This document shows, in pieces, positions 1-6,681 of a DNA stretch of 32,000 bases. A program made the translations under genes and the position numbers. The notes under the pieces are model-generated. The model did no database searches and was not told the origin of the DNA. It saw nothing but the letters and a program-made list of their open reading frames with translations. How positions within the stretch are numbered: position 1 is the stretch's first letter; the number at the start of each line of letters is the position of its first letter. Source of the DNA: Massilicoli timonensis (GTDB lineage: Bacteria > Bacillota_I > Bacilli_A > Erysipelotrichales > Erysipelotrichaceae); the NCBI RefSeq assembly GCF_900199515.1, contig NZ_LT963434.1, forward strand, positions 933,272 through 965,271, written 5' to 3'.

Positions 1-1098
1 TTCATATTTCGTATCGCTGATTTCAGGAAAATCCGCAAACATATGGCCTTTCAGATATTCCATGATGCTTTCATAATCGCCAAAGCCGGTGCTTGTTTCT
101 CCCAACAGCTGATCCATTACCTCTGGATCGCTCATCAATGCCTCATAAAGATCGTTAAAGCCGTTCTCAAATTCCTGTGTCATCCATTCTTCGATTTCAT
201 CGATCGAACGATCAGAACCGATCCCCGCCTGAAACAGCAGTTCATAGTATTCTTTGCCATGTTCAAACTGTGCCAGCCCTTCCATATGATTATCGCCATC
301 TGTTTGAAATTCGATCATGGCTGCACGAATATCCTCGTAAGCAGGAATAAACGATTCATCAAAGGCCGCTTTCAACTCTTCTTTGTAAGCCTGTGTTTGT
401 TCAGCGCTTAACCCCAGCGCATCTAAACGCGCATAGATAGAAGCCAAGACCGCGCTGTTCTCCCGGTTTTCCAAAATACCGTCACAATGTTCGATGATGC
501 TTTCCAGATCCAGCATCAACAAACCTTTTTCTTCCTGCCGTTTGGTATAATCCAGTGCACTGTCTACATATGGTTTTGTATCACGCAGGATCACGATCAG
601 ATCCTGTACATCTTTTTCATCGCGCAGTTCCCAATCCGCAAAGGTCGTAGCCAAAGCATAGTGTAACCCGCCGGCACTGGAAAACAGGCATTCATAATAA
701 TCAAAACGATCTTCCAACAGTTTTTCTTCGATCGCAAAATTAAATGCATAAAGATCATAAAGCTGACGCTGTTTTTCATTCAGCAGCGATCGATCAAACT
801 CCCCAAAGGCATCGATCGTCTTTTTTCTTTCCGCTTTTCCCGCAGCTAAGGTTTCTTCATCATACCGCGCGCCTAGGCTTACCTCCACTTGTTCCTCATC
901 TACACCAAATTTTTCCGGCTGTTCCATCAGCTGATGCATGGTGGCATAGTCTGACTCCATCGTATTGATAAAATCCTGTTCTACGAACGCATCAAACTTC
1001 TTCTGCTCTTCTTTCGGGTCTTTCCCTCCACAGCCTTGTAATGTGCCGATGAGAAGTGCCGCTGCCAGAAACAGTGTGCTTTTTCTTAGTCGTTTCAT
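1..1098 (-). CDS. DUF885-family lipoprotein, partial (C-terminus lies beyond the window start)
   Basis: Not in the ORF track because it runs off the window edge. ATG at 1098-1096 follows GGGAGG (1101-1106, read on the minus strand). Hand translation gives MKRLRKSTLFLAAALLIGTLQGCGGKDPKEEQKKFDAFVEQDFINTMESDYATMHQLMEQPEKFGV..., a signal peptide with lipobox L-Q-G-C. The frame stays open to position 1 (366 codons). The N-terminal pattern resembles Firmicute DUF885 lipoproteins from memory; the family call is unverified. Confidence 0.6.
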   Translation of the reverse strand, partial: MKRLRKSTLFLAAALLIGTLQGCGGKDPKEEQKKFDAFVEQDFINTMESDYATMHQLMEQPEKFGVDEEQVEVSLGARYDEETLAAGKAERKKTIDAFGEFDRSLLNEKQRQLYDLYAFNFAIEEKLLEDRFDYYECLFSSAGGLHYALATTFADWELRDEKDVQDLIVILRDTKPYVDSALDYTKRQEEKGLLMLDLESIIEHCDGILENRENSAVLASIYARLDALGLSAEQTQAYKEELKAAFDESFIPAYEDIRAAMIEFQTDGDNHMEGLAQFEHGKEYYELLFQAGIGSDRSIDEIEEWMTQEFENGFNDLYEALMSDPEVMDQLLGETSTGFGDYESIMEYLKGHMFADFPEISDTKYE

Positions 1099-1310
1099 AT
1101 GATTCCTCCCATAGATGCAATTTTACTTTTGTATTGCTTTATCCATAGTATAACATGATTCGCATGAAATTATCGCTATGTTTGGCATAAATCCTATTTT
1201 TTGATCAGCCAAGCGCAAAAAAGCGCATAAAGCTATCACGGTCTTTCTTTATTACTTTCTGCACCTGGTTTTACCTGATGCATAGGATAATTTAGGAAAG
1301 AGGTGAAATT

Positions 1311-1877
1311 TTGGCAGTAAAGATCTTTATCGATCAGGGTCATAATCCCGGTTCTATCAACGGCGGAGCGGCTGCCAACGGTTTAGAGGAAGCGACGATC
1401 AATTATCAGGTCGGCATCTATCTGATGAATTTCTTACAGAATGATACACGTTTCGCAGTCATGAGCAGCCGTGTTTCCTCCACTCAGGTATTAGGTACCA
1501 ATTCCGCTACCTCTTTGCAAGAGCGGGTAGCGATGGCCAATACTTGGAGAGCCGACTACTTTATCAGCATTCACTGCAATGCCAACGCCAATCCGCTCAT
1601 TCGCGGCAGTGAAGTATATGTATATCAGATTCCTTCCACTGCTGCTATGCTGGCAAGAGCGGTATTAGATGCCATTACGAGCGAGATCGCGATCCCTGAC
1701 AATCAGGTGCGGGCCAATCCCAATCTGCTGGTGTTAAGAGCAACGGCCATGCCGGCAATCTTAGTAGAACTTGGCTATTTGACCAACAGTGAAGATGCGG
1801 CACTGCTGCGTACAAAACAGTTTCAATTTGCTTATGCGATCTATCAGGGTATCCTGCACTATCTAAATCTGCCATGA
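1311..1877 (+). CDS. N-acetylmuramoyl-L-alanine amidase, catalytic domain only (Amidase_3 type)
   Basis: 188 aa with a TTG start 7 nt after GAAAGAGGTGA. Amidase_3-like motifs: 'IDQGHN' (His), 'GLEE' (Glu), 'ISIHCNA' (His), 'PAILVELGYLTN'. No signal peptide and no wall-binding repeats. Confidence 0.8.
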   Translation: MAVKIFIDQGHNPGSINGGAAANGLEEATINYQVGIYLMNFLQNDTRFAVMSSRVSSTQVLGTNSATSLQERVAMANTWRADYFISIHCNANANPLIRGSEVYVYQIPSTAAMLARAVLDAITSEIAIPDNQVRANPNLLVLRATAMPAILVELGYLTNSEDAALLRTKQFQFAYAIYQGILHYLNLP

Positions 1878-1882
1878 TAAAA

Positions 1883-1953
1883 AAGGAAATCTGCTTGCCA
1901 TTGCTTTTTGAGAAAACGATACGCTCGCTGTTCTCATATGGCACGATTTCCTT
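1883..1953. terminator. Long compound hairpin between the convergent amidase and cad-operon genes; likely bidirectional terminator
   Basis: AAGGAAATC (1883-1891) pairs with GATTTCCTT (1945-1953). Inner TGCCAT/ATGGCA and GAGAA/TTCTC pairs extend the stem. An A-run lies on the left and ATTTTTA on the right, so a U-run follows the stem on either strand. Confidence 0.5.
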
Positions 1954-1979
1954 ATTTTTATCAAGAAGCAACTATTTCT

Positions 1980-2342
1980 TTATTCTTCTTCCACATGCTC
2001 TAAGCCTTGATCAATGATCGTTCGCACATGATCGTCCGCAAGTGAATAGAAAATTGATTTGCCTTCCCGCCGACTTTTGACCAGCTTGTTCTGTTTCAAA
2101 ATACGTAATTGATGAGAAATTGCGGACTGGTTCATATGCAAAGCTTCCGCCAGATCACAGACACAGACCTCCGCCTCCAACAAGATGAACAGAATACGGA
2201 TACGTGTCGAATCACCGAATACTTTGAATAATTCAGCCAGATCATATAATTTCAATTCCGGCGGCATCTTTTCTGCCACGATCTTCAACAGCTCCGCATG
2301 TACTTCTTTTTTCTCACAGCATTCCAATACTTGTTCTTCCAT
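1980..2342 (-). CDS. cadC: ArsR/SmtB-family metalloregulator, CadC/SmtB-like
   Basis: 120 aa. wHTH 'CVCDLAEALHMNQSAISHQLRILKQNKLV'. Cys8-Cys9 in the N-terminal arm plus C60-V-C62 give an alpha3N-type thiolate site. D103-x-H105-x10-H116-x2-E119 matches SmtB alpha5-site spacing. Last gene of the cassette. The symbol is approximate. Confidence 0.85.
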   Translation of the reverse strand: MEEQVLECCEKKEVHAELLKIVAEKMPPELKLYDLAELFKVFGDSTRIRILFILLEAEVCVCDLAEALHMNQSAISHQLRILKQNKLVKSRREGKSIFYSLADDHVRTIIDQGLEHVEEE

Positions 2343-2353
2343 TTTCTACCTCA

Positions 2354-4225
2354 CTAACATCGCTGCACCGATAAGGCGCGGATCGCATTTAATACAGCGA
2401 TTACCATGACTCCGACATCCGCAAAGATCGCCAGCCACATATTGGCGATTCCCACTGCTCCAAGCAGCAGACAAAGCACTTTTACACCGATAGCAAAATA
2501 AATGTTTTCATATACGATGCGGATACACTTTTTGGCAATGCGGATCGCTTTTGCGATCTTGAGCGGATCATCATCCATCAAGACGACATCTGCGGCTTCG
2601 ATCGCTGCATCACTTCCCAGCACTCCCATGGCGATCCCGACATCAGCTCTTGAAAGCACCGGTGCGTCATTGATGCCATCACCCACAAAAGCTACTTTTG
2701 CCTTTGCGTCTTTGCTTGCAAGCAGCTCTTCTACTTTTTCTACTTTGTCTTTTGGTAATAACTCACTATATAATACATCAATTCCCAAGGTTTTGCCAAC
2801 TGCTTTTGCGACATGTTCCCGATCACCGCTCAGCATGACCGTCTTTTTGATGCCGATTTTCTTCAGCTCTTGAATCGCCGCCTTGGCGCTTTCTTTGATC
2901 TGATCGGCTATTAAAAGATGTCCGGCATATTGATTATTCAAAGCGATGTGCACGCTTGTGCCGATACCGCTGCATTCCTGATAAGGGATATGGTGCGTCT
3001 TCATCAAACGTCCGTTTCCCGCCATGACTTTGGTATCATCAATTTGTGCGATCACACCTTGTCCGCTGATTTCTTCTACAGCCTTGATGCGTTTTCCATC
3101 GATTACTTTGCCATAGGCTTCCTGAATGCTCTTGCTAATCGGATGCGTGGAATTCGCTTCCGCATACGCCGCATAAGCGAGCAGTTCTTCTTCCGGTATT
3201 ACCGCATGATGGATTCCACTCAGTGCAAATTCTCCTTTTGTCATCGTTCCTGTCTTGTCAAAGACGACATATCGGGTCTGTGCCAGTGTTTCCAGATAAT
3301 TGGAGCCTTTTACCAAAACCCCAGCCTTGCTGGCACCACCGATACCGGCAAAAAAGGTAAGCGGAATACTGATGACAAGGGCGCAAGGACAGCTGATCAC
3401 CAAGAAAGTCAGCGCTCTGGATATCCACTCTTCCCACATCGGATCCATGCCTAAGATGATCGCGGCAAACGGCGGCAGAAGGGCTAATACAAGCGCACTG
3501 TAACAAACTGCCGGTGTATAGTAACGTGCGAATTTTGAAATAAAATTCTCGGAACGCGATTTTTTAGAACTGGCATTTTCTACTAAATCTAATATTTTGG
3601 AAACGGTTGATTCCGAAAATTCTTTTGTTGTTTTTACTTTGATCAATCCGTTTAGATTGATACAGCCACTCATGATTTCATCATTGACCCTCACTTCACG
3701 CGGCAGGCTTTCCCCGGTCAAGGCGCTAGTATTCAAGGTGGTTTCTCCCTCTATCACAATTCCATCGATCGCAACCTTTTCTCCCGGCTTTACAATGATG
3801 ATCGAGCCGATCGGCACATCCTGTGGATCCACCATTTTGATTTCTCCATTACACTCCATATTGGCATAGTCAGGGCGAATATCCATCAAAGCACTGATAT
3901 TGCGGCGGCTCTTCCCGACTGCATAGCTTTGAAACAGCTCACCGATTTGATAAAACAGCATAACGGCAACACTCTCTTTATAATCTCCAAGCAAAATCGC
4001 ACCGACGGTCGCGATCGCCATTAAAAAGTTTTCATCAAAAATCTGCCTATTGAGAATCCCCTTAACAGCTTTCTTTAGGATATCATAGCCGATAATGAGA
4101 TAAGGGATCATATAAGCTGCCCACTGCGCAAAATCTTCTAATTTCACAAACTGCAATAGGATCATGCCTATTGCCGCAACTAGGATACGTCCCAGCATTC
4201 GTTTTTGTTTATGATTCATCATCAT
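2354..4225 (-). CDS. cadA: Heavy-metal-translocating P1B-type ATPase (Zn/Cd/Pb class), lacking an N-terminal metal-binding domain
   Basis: 623 aa. Motifs: 'TGES', 'SCPCALVISIP' (CPC), 'DKTGTMT', 'STHP', 'GDGINDAP', and 'FADVG' in the last TM. It starts directly with a TM region. The symbol is approximate (cadA/zntA type). Confidence 0.9.
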   Translation of the reverse strand: MMMNHKQKRMLGRILVAAIGMILLQFVKLEDFAQWAAYMIPYLIIGYDILKKAVKGILNRQIFDENFLMAIATVGAILLGDYKESVAVMLFYQIGELFQSYAVGKSRRNISALMDIRPDYANMECNGEIKMVDPQDVPIGSIIIVKPGEKVAIDGIVIEGETTLNTSALTGESLPREVRVNDEIMSGCINLNGLIKVKTTKEFSESTVSKILDLVENASSKKSRSENFISKFARYYTPAVCYSALVLALLPPFAAIILGMDPMWEEWISRALTFLVISCPCALVISIPLTFFAGIGGASKAGVLVKGSNYLETLAQTRYVVFDKTGTMTKGEFALSGIHHAVIPEEELLAYAAYAEANSTHPISKSIQEAYGKVIDGKRIKAVEEISGQGVIAQIDDTKVMAGNGRLMKTHHIPYQECSGIGTSVHIALNNQYAGHLLIADQIKESAKAAIQELKKIGIKKTVMLSGDREHVAKAVGKTLGIDVLYSELLPKDKVEKVEELLASKDAKAKVAFVGDGINDAPVLSRADVGIAMGVLGSDAAIEAADVVLMDDDPLKIAKAIRIAKKCIRIVYENIYFAIGVKVLCLLLGAVGIANMWLAIFADVGVMVIAVLNAIRALSVQRC

Positions 4226-4258
4226 CGCTCCAATCTATCATAAATCTTCCTATTCTTA

Positions 4259-4480
4259 TTAAGAAAGGTAGATTTCGCAATCATCTTCTACGATCTTGCA
4301 CGCCTTACGCACCTGTTCCATGACGGTTTTCACATCAGCGTCATCTTCAAATTCCACTGACATTTTCAAGGTCATAAAATTGACACTGGCATCCTTGACG
4401 CCTTCTGTGCGTTTCGCTGCTTCCTCCATTTTATTTGCGCAGTTTGCGCAGTCCACTTCGATTCGATATGTTTTTCTCAT
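4259..4480 (-). CDS. Stand-alone heavy-metal-associated (HMA) domain protein
   Basis: The track ORF is 87 aa. The start is moved to ATG 4480 (MRKTYRIEVDCANCANKMEE...) because GAGGAG lies 8 nt upstream. The 'DCANCANK' CxxC motif is typical of CadA N-terminal domains. 73 aa. Confidence 0.8.
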   Translation of the reverse strand: MRKTYRIEVDCANCANKMEEAAKRTEGVKDASVNFMTLKMSVEFEDDADVKTVMEQVRKACKIVEDDCEIYLS

Positions 4481-4504
4481 TGTTTCTGCTCCTCTCATTT
4501 TATT

Positions 4505-4524
4505 ATATGAACAGTTGTTCATAT
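4505..4524. promoter_or_regulatory. ArsR/SmtB-type operator, perfect 9-2-9 inverted repeat
   Basis: ATATGAACA-GT-TGTTCATAT. The TGAACA..TGTTCA core is as in CadC/CzrA/SmtB operators. It sits between the predicted -10 (4534-4539) and the HMA start codon (4480). Confidence 0.7.
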
Positions 4525-4533
4525 GTTGATTTT

Positions 4534-4561
4534 ATTATAGCACTTTTTTTAAGTAATACAA
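4534..4561 (-). promoter_or_regulatory. Sigma-A-type promoter of the HMA-ATPase-repressor operon
   Basis: Read on the minus strand: TTGTAT (4561-4556), 16 nt, TATAAT (4539-4534). An A-rich tract lies upstream. Confidence 0.5.
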
Positions 4562-4666
4562 GTAGGAGCGTTTATTTTTTGCATCTTTCTTTTTCATTCT
4601 TTTACATCATTATGAGTTTTATGATTTCATTTTTCTCTCTATGCCTTTTTTTCTCTATCCTCTCTA

Positions 4667-4675
4667 TGATATAAT
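4667..4675 (+). promoter_or_regulatory. Extended -10 promoter (TGATATAAT) placed to give a leaderless transcript of the fusion gene
   Basis: TG-A-TATAAT at 4667-4675, then a 6-nt spacer, then ATG at 4682. No Shine-Dalgarno sequence upstream and no recognisable -35. Confidence 0.45.
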
Positions 4676-4681
4676 ACATTT

Positions 4682-6436
4682 ATGACGAATTTTAGACAGA
4701 AACATTTGATCCTGCCTGCGGCTGTTTCCGTAGGCGTTCTGCTGCTGTCAAACTTAACAGCACTACAATCTGGACACTTTTTGGACATGCAATTGAACGG
4801 AGGTGTTTCTTTTTTCCCTTTTGCTTATCTGGCCGGCAGTTACCTTGCCAAAGCCAATGACAGCCGAATGGTCAAAAGTGTGTACTTGATTGCTTTCACA
4901 GCACAGCTTGCGGTAATTGTGAGCGCGTGGTTGTTGAAGATAGAGGAGAATAGGCTGTGGCTGATGGGAACGCTCCTATGCGCTTATCTCGCCGCAAATT
5001 TCCTCAATGATTGGTTCGTTCGCAGACAAAATCCTCTGATGCTTTCATTTGCACTGTCTCAGCTATTGGCGGTCGCAGTGTTTGGCGTGATCGGTATATC
5101 TGTACTTTTTTCACCAAAAGAAGTCCTCTTTACCGTTTTTATCAATTATGGAGCCGGTATCCTGCTAAGTCTGCTTTGTGTATGGATCGTATTTATGATC
5201 GGTAAATCTGTTCAAAGAAATCGAGATACGTATCAAAATGATAACCGCTTTTATTTTGAAATTACACAAAAAATACCGGGTAAATTGGGACGGGCCGGAA
5301 TCATCCACACGCCTCATGGCGACATCCAAACACCGGCTTTCATGTCAGTAGGCACCAAAGGCGAAGTACGCTTTCTCTCGATGGAGGAATTAAAAAGCGT
5401 CGGTGCCCAGGCTATGCTCAGCAATGGCTATCATTTGCGCAACCGTTCTGTTGAAATTGCGAAACAGGGTGGATTGGCAAAATGGTCCGGTTGGGATGGC
5501 CCTACTTTAACAGATTCAGGCGGCTTTCAGGTAATGTCGCTGGGATCTGGCTTAGGCAAGGTCGTCAGCATGGAGCGGGAAAAAGAGGTTGTCAATACTG
5601 ATCCAAAAGATCGCCTTACGACCGTAAGCGAGGATGGCGTACAGTTTGTGGATCCCTTCACCAATCAGCTTGATTTTATCGGCCCTGAAGAATCGATGCA
5701 GATCCAGTGTCGCATCGGTGCTGATATTCATATGGCATATGATGAGCTTACTTCACTGGCGGACAGTTATGAATACAATGTCGAAGCGCTGGCAAGAACG
5801 GAACGATGGGCGGTACGCTCCTTGAACGAGCATGAAAAGCACTGCGATGATCTTGGCTATCATCAGGCGCTCTATGGTGTGATCCAAGGAGGCAGATGGG
5901 AAGATCTGCGGCGTTCTACCGCTAAAAAATTCGCGAAAATGAACTTTGACGGCTATGGTCTAGGAGGCGCCTTCTTAAAAGAAAACTTAGGTGATATCCT
6001 GCGCTGGTGCAACGAAGAACTGCCGGAACAAAAACCGCGCCATTTATTGGGATTGTCGCGTCCTGATGATATTCTCATCGGTACGGAAATGGGTGCAGAT
6101 ACCTTTGACTGTGTTGCACCGACAAGAGAAGCACGACATGGCCGCATTTATACCAAATACGGAAATATCAATATCAAGAAATTCGCGGACAGCGATGAAC
6201 TCCTGGATGAACACTGTGATTGTCCTACTTGCAAGGCCGGCTACACACGTTCTCAGCTGCGTGCTTTATTGAAGTCAGAAAATCCTGAGGAGCGCAGTCT
6301 CTACTTCAAATTAGCATCTATGCACAATCTGCGTTTCATTATTCGTTTAACTGAAGAAGCGCGTGAAGCAATCATCCAAGGCAACTTTGCAGAGTATAAA
6401 GAACGTTTTTTACGCGATTATTATGGACATCGATAA
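4682..6436 (+). CDS. tgt: Fusion protein: YhhQ/VUT-like (COG1738/DUF165-like) 6-TM domain plus tRNA-guanine transglycosylase (queuine tRNA-ribosyltransferase family) domain
   Basis: 584 aa. Residues ~8-178 form six hydrophobic helices with 'LLLSNLTALQ', 'FFPFAYLA' and 'AANFLNDWFVRR', resembling E. coli YhhQ. Residues ~189-584 are collinear with bacterial Tgt: 'HTPHGDIQTPAFMSVGT', 'LTDSGGFQV', 'YDE', 'GVIQGG', 'FDGYGLGG', 'TFDCVAPTREARHG', and the Zn site 'CDCPTC...H'. The TGT call is strong; the membrane-domain family call is moderate. Confidence 0.85.
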   Translation: MTNFRQKHLILPAAVSVGVLLLSNLTALQSGHFLDMQLNGGVSFFPFAYLAGSYLAKANDSRMVKSVYLIAFTAQLAVIVSAWLLKIEENRLWLMGTLLCAYLAANFLNDWFVRRQNPLMLSFALSQLLAVAVFGVIGISVLFSPKEVLFTVFINYGAGILLSLLCVWIVFMIGKSVQRNRDTYQNDNRFYFEITQKIPGKLGRAGIIHTPHGDIQTPAFMSVGTKGEVRFLSMEELKSVGAQAMLSNGYHLRNRSVEIAKQGGLAKWSGWDGPTLTDSGGFQVMSLGSGLGKVVSMEREKEVVNTDPKDRLTTVSEDGVQFVDPFTNQLDFIGPEESMQIQCRIGADIHMAYDELTSLADSYEYNVEALARTERWAVRSLNEHEKHCDDLGYHQALYGVIQGGRWEDLRRSTAKKFAKMNFDGYGLGGAFLKENLGDILRWCNEELPEQKPRHLLGLSRPDDILIGTEMGADTFDCVAPTREARHGRIYTKYGNINIKKFADSDELLDEHCDCPTCKAGYTRSQLRALLKSENPEERSLYFKLASMHNLRFIIRLTEEAREAIIQGNFAEYKERFLRDYYGHR

Positions 6437-6471
6437 GCGTCTATTCGTATCATGCGAATAAACGCTTTTTT
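6436..6471 (+). terminator. Rho-independent terminator of the fusion gene
   Basis: AGCGT-c-TATTCG-tatcatg-CGAATA-a-ACGCT followed by TTTTT. It starts at the stop codon. Confidence 0.8.
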
Positions 6472-6625
6472 ACTAACCGATTTGTGATAAGAAATGATCA
6501 TTACGATCAGCAATCGCATTGGTCTTTTTTCTACATTCCTAACAAGATCAAGAATGCGCTTTGAAAGACTACCAACGCACGCATCAAAATACGCGCTTAT
6601 TATCCAATCTGCTCCTTTTGCATAG

Positions 6626-6677
6626 AAAAAGATCTTTCTTTGAAGCCTGTTTATCAACCAGCCTCAAGAAAGACCCT
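6626..6677 (-). terminator. Terminator of the alpha operon (after rplQ), possibly bidirectional
   Basis: Minus strand: GGGTCTTTCTTGAGGCTG...CAGGCTTCAAAGAAAGATC, an imperfect stem with G-U pairs, followed by TTTTT (6630-6626). On the plus strand the same stem is followed by TTTTTTT (6677-6683). Confidence 0.65.
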
Positions 6678-6681
6678 TTTT

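Noticed and set aside
43-968. Plus-strand ORFs 43-411 and 744-968, and minus-strand ORF 597-779
   Set aside because: The region is covered by a continuous, well-initiated minus-strand lipoprotein CDS (1-1098). These ORFs are antisense or off-frame shadows.
4226-4258. HMA ORF and ATPase as one gene split by a nonsense mutation (pseudogene)
   Set aside because: Although they are in the same frame, the 33-nt gap has five in-frame stop codons and the ATPase has its own start context. This fits two bona fide genes.
4435-4674. 79-aa plus-strand ORF (MRSLRSPLRFDMFF...)
   Set aside because: Its 5' half is antisense to the HMA gene and the operator. Only the last 31 codons have any initiation signal; these are reported separately as a low-interest finding.
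4526-4681. A preQ1 (or other) riboswitch upstream of the transporter-TGT gene
   Set aside because: The best promoter leaves no 5' UTR. The spacer is a polypyrimidine tract with no preQ1-like hairpin or A-rich tail motif that I could see.
6421-6657. 78-aa minus-strand ORF
   Set aside because: It spans two terminator hairpins and the 3' end of the fusion gene, and has no SD.
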